Assembly (NCBI GenBank): GCA_051003195.1 | Contig: JBPCLP010000021.1 | Location: forward strand, 192,001 to 256,000 | Reading direction: 5' to 3' | DNA from: Candidatus Sumerlaeaceae bacterium | GTDB taxonomy: Bacteria > Sumerlaeota > Sumerlaeia > Sumerlaeales > Sumerlaeaceae | DNA: 64,000 nt | In this document: positions 37,490 through 48,069 of the stretch, in pieces | How the letters are laid out: every line of letters begins with the position of its first letter | Numbering within the stretch: the first letter of the stretch is position 1 | The notes under the pieces: model-generated | Database searches by the model: none | The model's input: the letters and a program-made list of their open reading frames with translations, nothing else | What the model was told of the DNA's origin: nothing | Translations under genes and position numbers: made by a program

Positions 37490-38551
37490 TTAGTCCTGCT
37501 TGAGTTTGCGGCGGTGGATGCTCATCCGCACCTTATCCCACAGGCTGACCGGGTGGGTGAAGGGGCGCCACCAGAGCGCCTTGTTGGCGAAGTTGCCAAG
37601 GCCGCGGTCGAATGGTGAAACTTTGGCGTTCGGGTTGACCACTTCGTAGCCCAGCCTGGCGAGCAGCGGCCCGGCAACGGCTTCGAACACGCGCACCTGA
37701 TACGAGGACAGATCCTTTTTCCACCGGGCGGCGCGCTCCGTGTTGACGGGCTTGTTGAGCTGGCCGTGGATCTCGCGGCGCGGCACCCTGGCCGTGCCGG
37801 TGCGGTGGTATTCGAGCATCGCCTCGTGGAAAGGCTCGCCGACAAATGCGCAGATGTCGCGCATGTGTTTCTCCGGGCTCTCAACGAGATCTTCGTACTT
37901 GATCGTGTAGACGTTGTCGGGGTGCGAGTCCGCGAATTTGAGACCGTCCTCGACGGAGTTCTTCCATTTTTTGGCGGCGACATAGGCGGTGTTCGGACCA
38001 AAGGAAAGCGGAAGCAGGGACGCGGCGACGTCGCGCCCGTCGCGGATCAGATAGACGATCTTCGCGTCGGGGAAAAGCTCGAGCATGGTAGGCATCACGC
38101 GTTTGAACGTCGCCATCTTGTCACCCCACCGCGGGCGCTTGCGCTGCTTCGCGAAGAAAGTGTAGATAGCCTCCATGACGCCGGCATAAGTGGGCGCGGC
38201 CGTGCGGGCTAGCTCGGGCGCCGCGGCGGCAAGGCCGGGGATCCACTCATCGTGGACGCGCTCCATCCATGCATGGCACATGAACTTTTCGATGGAGAGC
38301 AGCAGTGCCTCGCGATTTTGCGGGTCGTTGAGGTCGCCGAATTCGTCGAGGTGCGCTTTAAAGATCGAAATGTATTTGGATTCGTAAGGCAGGGCGAAGG
38401 CCGGATGGTGGTCGAACATCTGGTGGAGAAGCGTGGTGCCCGAGCGCGGCGTGCCGATCAGAAAAACAGCCGGTTTTTTGGCCACCGGCAGGGTTGGTGC
38501 TGCGGTTGCGGAGGCGGTATTGACGGTGGCAGTTTGGGCGGAGTTAGTCAT
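37490..38551 (-). CDS. Sulfotransferase family protein
   Basis: 5'-PSB GTPRSGTTLL; WGDK; 3'-PB IRDGRDVAAS; KYEDLV. Confidence 0.92.
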   Translation of the reverse strand: MTNSAQTATVNTASATAAPTLPVAKKPAVFLIGTPRSGTTLLHQMFDHHPAFALPYESKYISIFKAHLDEFGDLNDPQNREALLLSIEKFMCHAWMERVHDEWIPGLAAAAPELARTAAPTYAGVMEAIYTFFAKQRKRPRWGDKMATFKRVMPTMLELFPDAKIVYLIRDGRDVAASLLPLSFGPNTAYVAAKKWKNSVEDGLKFADSHPDNVYTIKYEDLVESPEKHMRDICAFVGEPFHEAMLEYHRTGTARVPRREIHGQLNKPVNTERAARWKKDLSSYQVRVFEAVAGPLLARLGYEVVNPNAKVSPFDRGLGNFANKALWWRPFTHPVSLWDKVRMSIHRRKLKQD

Positions 38552-38820
38552 CGATCAAGCGTGTTGGTCTGACAAGTGGACGGTCAAAAGATTCGTGGTC
38601 GTTTTTTCGAGGGGTGAGGTTGGCGTGACGACGCTGACGGCAAGCGCGGTTGCGATGTGAAAGCTGGCGTTAGGCCTGTGACCCACACTCAAGAAGCGCT
38701 TATGGCGTAGCGTGTCAGATTGATACTCTTGGGCGGAATTGAGGGAATGCCCGGCACTTCCCCAAGCGATAGCTATTTGCTGCCGTTGGGTTTATAGTCC
38801 ATTGTTCTCCATCGGGGCTG

Positions 38821-38836
38821 CGGCACCCGTTTTGCA
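38821..38836 (+). promoter_or_regulatory. Sigma54-type (-24/-12) promoter of dnaK
   Basis: CGGCAC-CCGTT-TTGCA with exact GG-N10-GC spacing, about 50 nt upstream of the ATG. Confidence 0.65.
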
Positions 38837-38884
38837 CAAATGTGAACCGCGAAACGGGAAACTGAAACGGAAGGCAGTTGAGTA

Positions 38885-40822
38885 ATGGGAAAAGTAATCG
38901 GAATCGATCTGGGAACTACAAACAGTTGCGTGTCGGTGATGGAGGGCGGCGAGCCCGTAGTCATCCCGAACTCCGAGGGTGGACGCACAACGCCGTCGGT
39001 GGTCGCGTATACGAAAAACGGTGAATTGCTGGTGGGCGCGGTAGCCAAGCGCCAGGCCATCACCAATCCACAGAATACAATTTTCAGCATCAAGCGGTTC
39101 ATGGGACGTAAGTACGACGAGGTTACCGAAGAGGCAAAGCGGGTACCGTACAAGGTGCAGAAGGCGTCCAATGGCGACGTGCAGGCGGATATCCAGGACA
39201 AGACGTATTCTCCGCCGGAAATCTCGGCGCGCATCCTGCAGAAGATGAAGCAGACGGCTGAGGACTACCTGGGTGAAAAGGTAACCCAGGCGGTGGTGAC
39301 GGTGCCTGCGTACTTTAACGATTCCCAGCGCCAGGCTACCAAGGATGCGGGGCGCATCGCGGGGCTGGATGTGCTGCGCATCATTAACGAGCCAACGGCA
39401 GCGGCACTGGCTTACGGACTGGACAAGAAGAAGGAAGAGACAATCGCCGTGTTTGACCTTGGTGGCGGCACGTTCGATATTTCAATCCTCGAACTGGGCG
39501 ACGGCGTGTTCGAAGTAAAGAGCACGAATGGCGACACGCACCTCGGCGGCGACGACTTCGACCAGAAGCTCATCGACTACATTGCGGACGAGTTCAAGCG
39601 CGACAACGGCGTCGACTTGCGCAACGATCCAATGGCGCTTCAGCGCCTGAAAGAAGCAGCCGAGAAGGCGAAGATCGAGCTGAGCTCTTCCACGCAGACC
39701 AACGTGAACCTGCCGTTCATCACGGCAGACCAGAGCGGACCCAAGCACCTGAACCTCGACATCTCCCGCTCGAAGTTCGAGCAGTTGATCATGGACCTGG
39801 TGGAGCGGTCGATCGCGCCGTGCCGCAAGGCGGTGGAAGACGCAGGACTAAAGGTTGACGGCATCGACGAGGTGATTCTCGTCGGCGGTTCGACGCGCGT
39901 TCCGATCGTGCAGCAGAAGGTGAAGGACTTCTTTAAGAAGGAGCCGAACAAGGGCGTGAACCCCGACGAGGTGGTGGCGATTGGCGCGGCCATCCAGGGC
40001 GGCGTGCTCGGCGGCGACGTAACGGACGTGCTGCTTCTCGACGTGACCCCGCTTTCGCTCGGCATTGAGACGCTCGGCGGTGTGTTCACGAAACTCATCG
40101 AGCGCAACACCACGATCCCGACCCGCAAGAGTGAGATTTTCTCGACTGCGTCGGATAACCAGCCGGCCGTTTCGATCCACGTGTTGCAGGGCGAACGCGA
40201 GCTGGCCCAGTACAACCGCACGCTGGGACGCTTCGACCTGGTCGGCATCCCGCCAGCGCCGCGCGGTGTTCCGCAGATTGAGGTCACGTTCGACATCGAC
40301 GCGAATGGTATCGTGCACGTGTCGGCGAAGGACCTTGGGACGGGCAAGGAGCAGTCGATCAAGATCACGGCTTCGAGCGGCCTGAGCGAGGCCGAAATTA
40401 AAAAGATGGTGAAGGACGCCGAGGAGCATGCGGCCGAGGATGCGGCGAAACGCGAAGAAGCCACGCTGAAAAACCAGGCAGACTCGCTCGTCTACGCCAC
40501 CGAGCGAACACTGAAGGAAGTGGGCGACAAGGTGGATCCTGCGGACCGGCAGGCTACCGAAGATGCTGTAGCTGAGCTGAAGCGGGCGGTGGAATCGAAC
40601 GACATGGAAGGCATGAAGTCGGGAGTTGAGAAGGTGAACACCGTCGCGCACAAGCTGAGCGAAGCGCTCTACCGACAGCACGCGAATGCAGGTGCAGGTG
40701 CGGACGCCGCCGGCGCGGGAATGGGCCCGGACTTTGGCGGCGGAGCATCGGCGGATATGGGCGGCAGGTCGTCAGGTGAGCCAGAAGTGGTCGAAGGCGA
40801 AATCGTGGACGAGAAGAAGTAA
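38885..40822 (+). CDS. dnaK: Molecular chaperone DnaK
   Basis: [43 protein letters not shown]. Confidence 0.99.
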   Translation: MGKVIGIDLGTTNSCVSVMEGGEPVVIPNSEGGRTTPSVVAYTKNGELLVGAVAKRQAITNPQNTIFSIKRFMGRKYDEVTEEAKRVPYKVQKASNGDVQADIQDKTYSPPEISARILQKMKQTAEDYLGEKVTQAVVTVPAYFNDSQRQATKDAGRIAGLDVLRIINEPTAAALAYGLDKKKEETIAVFDLGGGTFDISILELGDGVFEVKSTNGDTHLGGDDFDQKLIDYIADEFKRDNGVDLRNDPMALQRLKEAAEKAKIELSSSTQTNVNLPFITADQSGPKHLNLDISRSKFEQLIMDLVERSIAPCRKAVEDAGLKVDGIDEVILVGGSTRVPIVQQKVKDFFKKEPNKGVNPDEVVAIGAAIQGGVLGGDVTDVLLLDVTPLSLGIETLGGVFTKLIERNTTIPTRKSEIFSTASDNQPAVSIHVLQGERELAQYNRTLGRFDLVGIPPAPRGVPQIEVTFDIDANGIVHVSAKDLGTGKEQSIKITASSGLSEAEIKKMVKDAEEHAAEDAAKREEATLKNQADSLVYATERTLKEVGDKVDPADRQATEDAVAELKRAVESNDMEGMKSGVEKVNTVAHKLSEALYRQHANAGAGADAAGAGMGPDFGGGASADMGGRSSGEPEVVEGEIVDEKK

Positions 40823-40845
40823 AAGAACAAGAACAGTAATAGCGG

Positions 40846-40870
40846 GCGGGCCGGAAACGGCCCGCTTTTT
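40846..40870 (+). terminator. Rho-independent terminator
   Basis: GCGGGCCG-GAAA-CGGCCCGC-TTTTT. Confidence 0.85.
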
Positions 40871-40908
40871 CTGTTCGTGAGCGGTTTGATGCGGGCCGGG
40901 GGCGCTCT

Positions 40909-42663
40909 CTATTGCGGCAGGATGGTCAATTCGGCAATCGCTTCGTCGCCATCGTTGTTGGCGCTGATGCGGAAGTCGGCTGCCGCGTTTTGTTTACCGG
41001 CGAAGTACGCGTCGGGGAGCCGGAACTCCGCGGTGTGCCAGCCCGCTTCCAGCGGCTTCTGAAGCGTTTCACTGTTGCGGTAGGCGTCGACTTTGCCTTC
41101 CGCAGTCTTACTGTTGTAGTGGATCGTCAGAGTATCCGAGGTCTCTCCGGCCGAGTAATAGCGAACTCGCAGATGGATGGTCTGCGAGGTGTCGCGTATC
41201 GGGGATGTTTCGGGCACTGCGAAGTAAAGGTAGCCTTTGCCGGCCCTGGTATCCGTCATCGCCCCGATCGTTTCCGCTACCGTAGTCACTGTGCCTGAGC
41301 CGTCGCCCGATGTACAAAGAATTGGCGTGAGCGAAGTGATGCGATCTGCCGCATAGGATTTTAACTGGTCATCCTCGAGCAGGCTGCGGTTCACAAAAGG
41401 CCGGAGCGAATCCTGCAGCAGCGCGGTAATACGATCGCCCCCGCCGGTCTTCAGTTCTGCATGCGCCATGGCCATTCGCAGCAACGTGCGATGGCTGGCA
41501 TATGCGGGTGCCAGATAGAGCTTCGAAAATTCCTGACGAATCTCGTCGAGCCCGTCAGCGCCTGGAGTCCTGGCTTTCCCGAGGAAATTCAGGAGGTGCT
41601 TCTGGTAGAGTGCCTCTTCCGGCAGGCGGTCTCCCACTGGGGGGAGCGGTTCCAGCGGATCGCGTCGCTGCGACTGGTACCAGTACGCCATGCTGGAGAG
41701 ATTGTCCGCGCGCTCGACGAAGCCGTCCGGTTTTCCATCGAGGACGCCGGCGCCGTAGTGTTCGATATCGAATCGAAGGCTTTTCCGAAAGGGAATGGGA
41801 TCTGCGATATGAAACCGGTAGCTGGTGTAGCGGCTGCCGGTGGCATACTGTTCGCCTTCGTGAATGGTGGTGCCGTAGTACGGAGAGCTGCCTTTCCAGA
41901 CGCCCCACGCATCGCACAGGTAATCTTCCGTGCCCGTGCCAACCAGGCTGGCGGACGTTTCGCCGTCGACATAGAAGCGGTCGTCGCCTTCGCCGTACCA
42001 GCCGTCGGAGCGCTGCTCGTACGAGAGCACGGCACCTGCAAAGTGCCCATGTCCCCTGGCGGAACAGACCAGATAGTCTGTGCCGGAAACGGCGGGATAC
42101 TCCTGCCGGTAGTGCGCGTGGAAATAGAGCAAATCCTCGTGCGGACGCTTGTACTTTCGATAATCGACGTAGTAGTAGATTGCACCAACGGGTTCGAGCC
42201 CTTCGTTTGTGATCTCGATGCGCGCGTTTTTGTTGAAAGGCATTTTGAAAAAGCAGTTTTTAGCGCGGCCGTTCGAGGTGCAGGTAATCGGCTGCGACCA
42301 CACGTTGGCTTCGAGCCCGTGACCCTGGCAGAAGAAGTCTCCGAGGGGTGCAAGCACGCTGGGATTCTTTTCGCCATCCCAGTACATGCGCAGCACGAGT
42401 TTTCGACCGTACCATCGCTCCGCCGCAATCGTACACCAGATGTGAGTGATCATGCCGGCGCCTTTGATGTCCGCGAGTACACGCGTCTCGCCCGGCTCGA
42501 TCGAATGCAGGTGGTCGACGTTGGCGCCTGTCTTATCCGTGCTGGAGACACGCGCCGCGGTATAGTCGCGAATTGCGTGCGGCAGGGCGTCGAGGGTCTC
42601 GGCGTGGAAATTTACCGGATAGAGTAGCACTACCAGGCCCACTAATAACGCCGATGTCCGCAT
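40909..42663 (-). CDS. DUF2961 / GH172-like secreted protein with a C-terminal extension
   Basis: GAGMITHIW, LRMYWDGE..PSV..PLGDFF, WYGEGDD, GTGTEDY, YRFHIADPIPF; signal peptide from ATG at 42663. Confidence 0.88.
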   Translation of the reverse strand: MRTSALLVGLVVLLYPVNFHAETLDALPHAIRDYTAARVSSTDKTGANVDHLHSIEPGETRVLADIKGAGMITHIWCTIAAERWYGRKLVLRMYWDGEKNPSVLAPLGDFFCQGHGLEANVWSQPITCTSNGRAKNCFFKMPFNKNARIEITNEGLEPVGAIYYYVDYRKYKRPHEDLLYFHAHYRQEYPAVSGTDYLVCSARGHGHFAGAVLSYEQRSDGWYGEGDDRFYVDGETSASLVGTGTEDYLCDAWGVWKGSSPYYGTTIHEGEQYATGSRYTSYRFHIADPIPFRKSLRFDIEHYGAGVLDGKPDGFVERADNLSSMAYWYQSQRRDPLEPLPPVGDRLPEEALYQKHLLNFLGKARTPGADGLDEIRQEFSKLYLAPAYASHRTLLRMAMAHAELKTGGGDRITALLQDSLRPFVNRSLLEDDQLKSYAADRITSLTPILCTSGDGSGTVTTVAETIGAMTDTRAGKGYLYFAVPETSPIRDTSQTIHLRVRYYSAGETSDTLTIHYNSKTAEGKVDAYRNSETLQKPLEAGWHTAEFRLPDAYFAGKQNAAADFRISANNDGDEAIAELTILPQ

Positions 42664-42672
42664 TCCCGATGA

Positions 42673-42756
42673 GGAACCAAACAAGATAATCTTCATAGGA
42701 TCGACTGCCTGGACGATCCGCTGGATCAGATTATCTTTTTGTTCATTGGTCAACAT
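42673..42756 (-). pseudogene. Remnant of a minimal nucleotidyltransferase (MNT) antitoxin N-terminus
   Basis: MLTNEQKDNLIQRIVQAVDPMKIILFGS, truncated before the DxD motif. Confidence 0.65.
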
Positions 42757-42877
42757 GTGCTGATCGGCCATGCTGGCTGCCTCATCACTTGTAAAGGACG
42801 TTCATGTTCCGACATTTGCTCAGAATCTTGCTTCGATACTTGACGTAGTTGCTGAAGGCGAATCCCAGTTTGCGATT

Positions 42878-44929
42878 ATGCATAATTTGCAAGTTGGAAC
42901 TATTCGCCGCTGTGTGTTCGGAACCATAGCAACTCGACTCTTGCTCGCCCTGCTGGCAACATGCACTGCACCGGGTATGAGTGCAAGCGACACAAAGACA
43001 ACCACCGCCACGGAACAGCAGAGCAGTGGCACGTCCGGCATCCCGGATTTGGCGCCCGTTCCCGGCAACAGCAACCTGTTGGCGAGCCAGGTGCCGGCGC
43101 TGGATCCGGAGCTGCGTGAGCGGGTAATGCAGTACCTGAATTCCCGTGCGGCGAACCTGTTGGATGTTTCGCCGAAAGGCGACAATGTCCTGGTCGCGAC
43201 GCGGTTTGCATCCACGTCGCAACTGCACCTGGTCGAGCAGCCGATGGGCGCGCGCTTTCAACTTACGTTTAACGAGGAGCCGATTTCATCCGCGCGTTTC
43301 CTGCCGGGAAACACGAATATTATTTTTTACGTGCGAGACGTGGGCGGCGGGGAGTTTCACCAGATCTACCGGTTCGATCGGAAGAGCGGGCGCAGCGTTC
43401 TACTAACCGATGGTAAGAGTCGCCACTCGCTGCCGGTCTTGAGCCAGGACGGTAACCTGGCGGCGTTTACGAACAACGCGCGCAACGGTCGTGATACCGA
43501 CGTGTACATCGCTGACATCGACGAGAACACGACGTTTTCGGATGTGCGACTGGTAACGGAAACGACCGGGACCTGGGCGCCGCTGCAGTTCTCGCGCGGG
43601 CGCTCGCGGCTTCTTGTCGAACAGTACAGGGCGATTGATGACGCCGACCTCCATGTTTTCGATGTAGCGACCAGCGAACTCCTGCAGATTACGCCGAAGG
43701 ACGGCCGGGGCAGCGTTGTCGATGCTGCGTTCGGCCACGACGGCAACACGGTGTACCTAGTAACAGACCGCTACACGGATTTTAACGAGCTGTACGAGGT
43801 GCATGTCGGGTCGACCGATGCTCCGAAGCCTCTGACGAGAACTCTCCCCTGGAATGTGGAGAGCATCGAAGTTTCGCACGACGGCAGTCGCGTGGCAGTC
43901 TCAGTGAACGAAGACGGCATCAGCAAAATCTACCTGCTGGATACCAAGTCCGGCAGGCTGGAGCCCGTGGAACTTTCGCCCGGGATTGTGGGAAGCATGC
44001 GCTTCGCGGCGGAGAACTCCGCGCTTCTGACTTTTTCCATCGATTCAGCCCGGTCACCGACTGATGTGTGGCAGCTGGAAGTAGCGTCGAAGAAGCTTAC
44101 CCGGTGGACGCGAAGCGAAGTGGGCGGGCTGGATACCTCATCGTTTGTGGAGCCGGAGATTGTGCGCTATGAGTCCGCCGGCGGTGTGAAGGTGCCCTCA
44201 TTTGTTTACCAGCCCAAACTGGCAAAGGGTAAACGCGCACCTGTGCTGGTGCTGTTTCATGGCGGCCCGGAAGGGCAATCGCGACCCAACTTCTCGCCGT
44301 TTATCCAGATGCTGGTAACGGACCTTGGAATAGCCGTGATGATGCCGAACGTACGCGGGTCGGATGGCTACGGGAAAGCTTACCTGGCGATGGACAACGG
44401 CGTGAAACGTGAAGAGAGCCTGAAGGATATCGGGGCCACGTTTGACTGGATTGCGGCGCAGCCGAATCTCGATGCCGAGAGAATCGGGGTGTATGGAGGA
44501 TCGTACGGTGGTTACATGGTCCTGGCGGCAGCAACTTTTTATGCGGAGCGGGTGCGGTCGGTTGTCGACGTGGTGGGCATTTCAAATATTCCCACTTTCC
44601 TGAAGAACACGCAGGATTACCGCCGGGACTTACGCCGCGCAGAGTATGGTGACGAGCGGGTGCCGGACGTGCGCGAGGTACAGGAGAGGATCTCGCCGCT
44701 GAATCACGCAGAGAAGATTCGCGCGCACCTGTTTGTGCAGCAGGGCAAGAACGACCCGCGCGTGCCGCAAAGCGAGGCGGAACAGATCGTGCAGGCCGCG
44801 CGCAAGAATGGGAGATCGTGCTGGTACCTGCTGGGGCTGAACGAAGGACATGGTTTTGCGAGGAAGGAGAACCGGGACTTTGCTTTGATCGCCACCGTGC
44901 AGTTTTTACGAGAGACCCTGTTAGAGTAG
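42878..44929 (+). CDS. S9 family (prolyl oligopeptidase-like) peptidase
   Basis: HGGPEGQ, PNVRGSDGYG, GGSYGG, QGKNDPRVP, EGHGF; beta-propeller N-terminal half. Start uncertain. Confidence 0.93.
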   Translation: MHNLQVGTIRRCVFGTIATRLLLALLATCTAPGMSASDTKTTTATEQQSSGTSGIPDLAPVPGNSNLLASQVPALDPELRERVMQYLNSRAANLLDVSPKGDNVLVATRFASTSQLHLVEQPMGARFQLTFNEEPISSARFLPGNTNIIFYVRDVGGGEFHQIYRFDRKSGRSVLLTDGKSRHSLPVLSQDGNLAAFTNNARNGRDTDVYIADIDENTTFSDVRLVTETTGTWAPLQFSRGRSRLLVEQYRAIDDADLHVFDVATSELLQITPKDGRGSVVDAAFGHDGNTVYLVTDRYTDFNELYEVHVGSTDAPKPLTRTLPWNVESIEVSHDGSRVAVSVNEDGISKIYLLDTKSGRLEPVELSPGIVGSMRFAAENSALLTFSIDSARSPTDVWQLEVASKKLTRWTRSEVGGLDTSSFVEPEIVRYESAGGVKVPSFVYQPKLAKGKRAPVLVLFHGGPEGQSRPNFSPFIQMLVTDLGIAVMMPNVRGSDGYGKAYLAMDNGVKREESLKDIGATFDWIAAQPNLDAERIGVYGGSYGGYMVLAAATFYAERVRSVVDVVGISNIPTFLKNTQDYRRDLRRAEYGDERVPDVREVQERISPLNHAEKIRAHLFVQQGKNDPRVPQSEAEQIVQAARKNGRSCWYLLGLNEGHGFARKENRDFALIATVQFLRETLLE

Positions 44930-44952
44930 CGGGCCGACGCGGATTGCACGTC

Positions 44953-44977
44953 GAGGGGTATCGCGACCCCTTTGTTT
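44953..44977 (+). terminator. Probable terminator
   Basis: AGGGGT-atcgcg-ACCCCT followed by TTGTTT. Confidence 0.55.
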
Positions 44978-45126
44978 GCTGGTGAGGGGCTATGCGTCGC
45001 TTAAAATGTTGCGGGGCGGTGCTGGTAGTGTTGTGCCTGTGAGAGCGATGGTACACATAACGCCGCAGCAGACTGCGAAAACTCGAACCCGGACCCATGC
45101 CAGCACTCCGAAGAATGGGGTGTTAG

Positions 45127-46731
45127 TTGGATAGTGTAATTGCGGGTGACGCGACTGCCCGGGACATCATGGAGAAGCTCGCGATCCTTGAAAAGGCGGC
45201 TGGGGTTCGCGCGCACTACCGTATCCTTGAACCGCCTCCGCTGAGTGGAACTGATCCTAACAGCCTGCAGACGGCGGCCCGGATGATTGGCGACTGGATT
45301 GGTTTGCGCAACGCACTCTTTCACGTGGTGCTTGGGGAGAGCCCTACATCCAGCATGAGCGGAGTACGACTGGAACGCGACCAGGACGAGTTTACGATCG
45401 ACCTGCCGAGGACATCCGTAGTGACGCCCACGCGGGCGCTGGGTGCTTTGTCGCGCGAAGTTGCGCGGGCGTATCTGCACAAAACCAATATTCGGGGCGG
45501 GCCCTATGCCGCGGCGGCAACTGAACCGACCTTTGTCGACGTGACGACCGTCTTCCTGGGACTTGGCAAACTTCTGTTAAACGGATGTGCGGGTGACGCG
45601 GCACCAAAACCGGAACGTGTTGTGAGCGCCGGTCCCGCTTCGAAAACAAAAGCTTCCGGCGGGTGTGTGCTCGCGCCGACATACATCGCATTCGCGCATC
45701 GAGCCGCCTGCGCGATGCGCGGCCTCGATTATGAGCAGCACGTGACGGGGCTTACTCCGCAATCACTCGAGCTGCTTCGCGCGTGGGACGCTTACCGTGA
45801 GGACTTGTTCAGCCTCTCGCTGCGCAACGTGCTCACGGCTTCGGCGACGCACCGCCCACTGGTCGAGGCCGTCTCTGACAATCAGATTGTGCTGTCACGC
45901 TTTGATCAGCTACTGAGGCATTTTGAAGCGACAGTGCTCGCCCCTTTAATGCAGGAGCTGGCGGGCTACCACAAGCAGTGCCGCGAGGCAATGGACCGCA
46001 TCGGGGCGCAGGAAGCGGAGACTTACGATCCATGCATGGTGTACCTCAACCAGGTGCGCCGAAGGATGGATCTGCAGCGGCTGGCCGATGCTCTGCGTGT
46101 GCAGCAGGAGCAGGTGATGGAACGGCTGCAGGTGCTGGTTCGTGGACTTCAATCGTTGCAGGAGCATGAGCTGATGCGGACCGATTACCTGAAAAGCGGG
46201 CGGTTTCCACAGGCTATGTGCCCGCTGGATGGAACCCCGGTTTCCGTGCCTGAGGGTACACGCGACGCAAAAGCAAAATGCTCGAAATGCGGGTATGAGT
46301 TTATTGCGTCGCCAGAGCCGCCAACGCTCACGAATGGGTTTAAGGCGCACGCGAGTTCCAGCGGCGCTTCGAGCGAGGTAGAAGCGACAGGGGGCAAGCG
46401 CGGAAATTCCACCGTTCTCACGGCATTACGTGATCAGAAAATCGCAGCGGGCGCCACGAGACCCGGGCTTAATATGATTATTGCGGGGCTGGCGACCCTT
46501 GCATTAAGCTGGGTACCACTGCTGGGATATGTGCTGCTTGTTCTATTCCGGGGAACTGAGCCTGTACACGCTACTTTACTGGGTCGCATGGGCCTGGTGC
46601 TTTCCTGTGCGAGCGTGGTGCTGGCCGCAGTGGGTCTTCTAAAGTATTTAGTGAGTCTTTCCAGGCCGGCAGCCGCGATAGAAGTGAAGCCTGCTGCAAC
46701 CGCGGAGATGCACGCCGAAGCCAAAATGTGA
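45127..46731 (+). CDS. Hypothetical protein with coiled-coil, Zn-ribbon-like segment and two C-terminal TM helices
   Basis: 534-aa ORF; CPLDG...CSKC; hydrophobic C-terminal segments. Confidence 0.7.
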   Translation: MDSVIAGDATARDIMEKLAILEKAAGVRAHYRILEPPPLSGTDPNSLQTAARMIGDWIGLRNALFHVVLGESPTSSMSGVRLERDQDEFTIDLPRTSVVTPTRALGALSREVARAYLHKTNIRGGPYAAAATEPTFVDVTTVFLGLGKLLLNGCAGDAAPKPERVVSAGPASKTKASGGCVLAPTYIAFAHRAACAMRGLDYEQHVTGLTPQSLELLRAWDAYREDLFSLSLRNVLTASATHRPLVEAVSDNQIVLSRFDQLLRHFEATVLAPLMQELAGYHKQCREAMDRIGAQEAETYDPCMVYLNQVRRRMDLQRLADALRVQQEQVMERLQVLVRGLQSLQEHELMRTDYLKSGRFPQAMCPLDGTPVSVPEGTRDAKAKCSKCGYEFIASPEPPTLTNGFKAHASSSGASSEVEATGGKRGNSTVLTALRDQKIAAGATRPGLNMIIAGLATLALSWVPLLGYVLLVLFRGTEPVHATLLGRMGLVLSCASVVLAAVGLLKYLVSLSRPAAAIEVKPAATAEMHAEAKM

Positions 46732-46933
46732 GCGGCAACGAGATTTCTTCCAGCGGAAGCTTATGAACGCGCAAGAGCGGTGGAAGCCCGATGCCGGGCA
46801 AAAAAGCAGCACAATAAGGCAGGCCATGGAACTGATAAATGTGCGGTTTGTGGTTGCATGAGGTGCACGCCCAGCCCTGTCTTCATGCGTGCACTGGCGC
46901 CGATGCGCCACTATGGGAACAATGGAGTGAAAC

Positions 46934-47998
46934 GTGGAAATTGCTGAACTTCTTCGAATGACGGTGGAGCGGGACGCGTCGGATCTGCATATCGCGGTGG
47001 GCCGGCCTCCGGTACTGCGCATCGACGGGAAACTGCTGAACGCCGAGGCTCCGCCACTGACGGCGGCAGATACACGTCGCATGGTCTATGGTATCCTGAC
47101 GGACATGCAGAAGCAGAAGCTAGAAGAGATCAAGGAGCTGGACTTTTCGCTGTCGATCAGCCATATCAGCCGCTTTCGGGTAAACGTGCACTTTCAGCGT
47201 GGCAGCGTGGCCGCGGCGTTTCGAGCCATCACAGCTAATATTCGAAATTTCGAAGAATTGAGCCTGCCGGTAAAGACGTGCGAACGGTTTGCCCGTCGAC
47301 CCTCAGGGCTCGTCTTAATTACGGGCCCGACGGGTTCCGGAAAATCGACGACGCTGGCAGCGGTTATCGACATGATCAACAACGAGCGTGAGTGTCATAT
47401 TATCACGGTTGAAGATCCAATCGAATATCTTCACCAGCATAAGAAGGCTCTCATTGAACAACGTGAAGTGCATGAGGATACGCACTCATTTGCGAATGCG
47501 CTGAAGTTCGTGCTGCGCCAGGACCCGGACGTGATCATGGTCGGCGAAATGCGCGATCTCGAAACCATCTCGGCGGCGCTTACAGCTGCAGAAACCGGCC
47601 ACCTGGTGTTCTCGACGCTGCACACGGTGGACGTAGCGCAGACGATCGACCGCGTTATCGACGTATTTCCTCCGCATCAGCAGGAGCAGGTACGCGTGCA
47701 GCTGGCAGGGGTCATTGAAGGAATCCTTTGCCAGACGCTGCTGCCGACGGCCTCCGGTCGCGGACGTATGATCAGTGTTGAGATTCTGATTGGAACCGAC
47801 GGCATCCGGAACCTGATTCGCGAAGGCAAAACGCACCAGATCTACACGCAGCTCGAGGCAGGCGGACAGCTTGGAATGCAGACCATGGATCGCGCCATCG
47901 CGGACCTGTACAAACGCGGGAAAATAACCCGCGAGACGGCAATGCTGCACGCGCGCAAACAGGACGAAATGAAGCGACACATGCAGGTGATGGTGTAG
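46934..47998 (+). CDS. pilT: Type IV pilus retraction ATPase PilT
   Basis: ASDLHI, GPTGSGKSTT, TVEDPIE, LRQDPDVIMVGEMRD, TGHLVFSTLHT, GIRNLIRE. Confidence 0.95.
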   Translation: MEIAELLRMTVERDASDLHIAVGRPPVLRIDGKLLNAEAPPLTAADTRRMVYGILTDMQKQKLEEIKELDFSLSISHISRFRVNVHFQRGSVAAAFRAITANIRNFEELSLPVKTCERFARRPSGLVLITGPTGSGKSTTLAAVIDMINNERECHIITVEDPIEYLHQHKKALIEQREVHEDTHSFANALKFVLRQDPDVIMVGEMRDLETISAALTAAETGHLVFSTLHTVDVAQTIDRVIDVFPPHQQEQVRVQLAGVIEGILCQTLLPTASGRGRMISVEILIGTDGIRNLIREGKTHQIYTQLEAGGQLGMQTMDRAIADLYKRGKITRETAMLHARKQDEMKRHMQVMV

Positions 47999-48069
47999 AA
48001 TTCCAGCACCCGCAGATCGAAGTCCATTTTTTGGCTGACAGGGGCATCTGAGAGTTCGCAACTGCTCGC

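Noticed and set aside
39640..40681. Long antisense ORFs opposite dnaK
   Set aside because: Well-known artefact on the dnaK antisense strand.
41461..42627. 388-aa plus-strand ORF opposite the DUF2961 gene
   Set aside because: Antisense shadow; the minus strand carries the recognisable family motifs.
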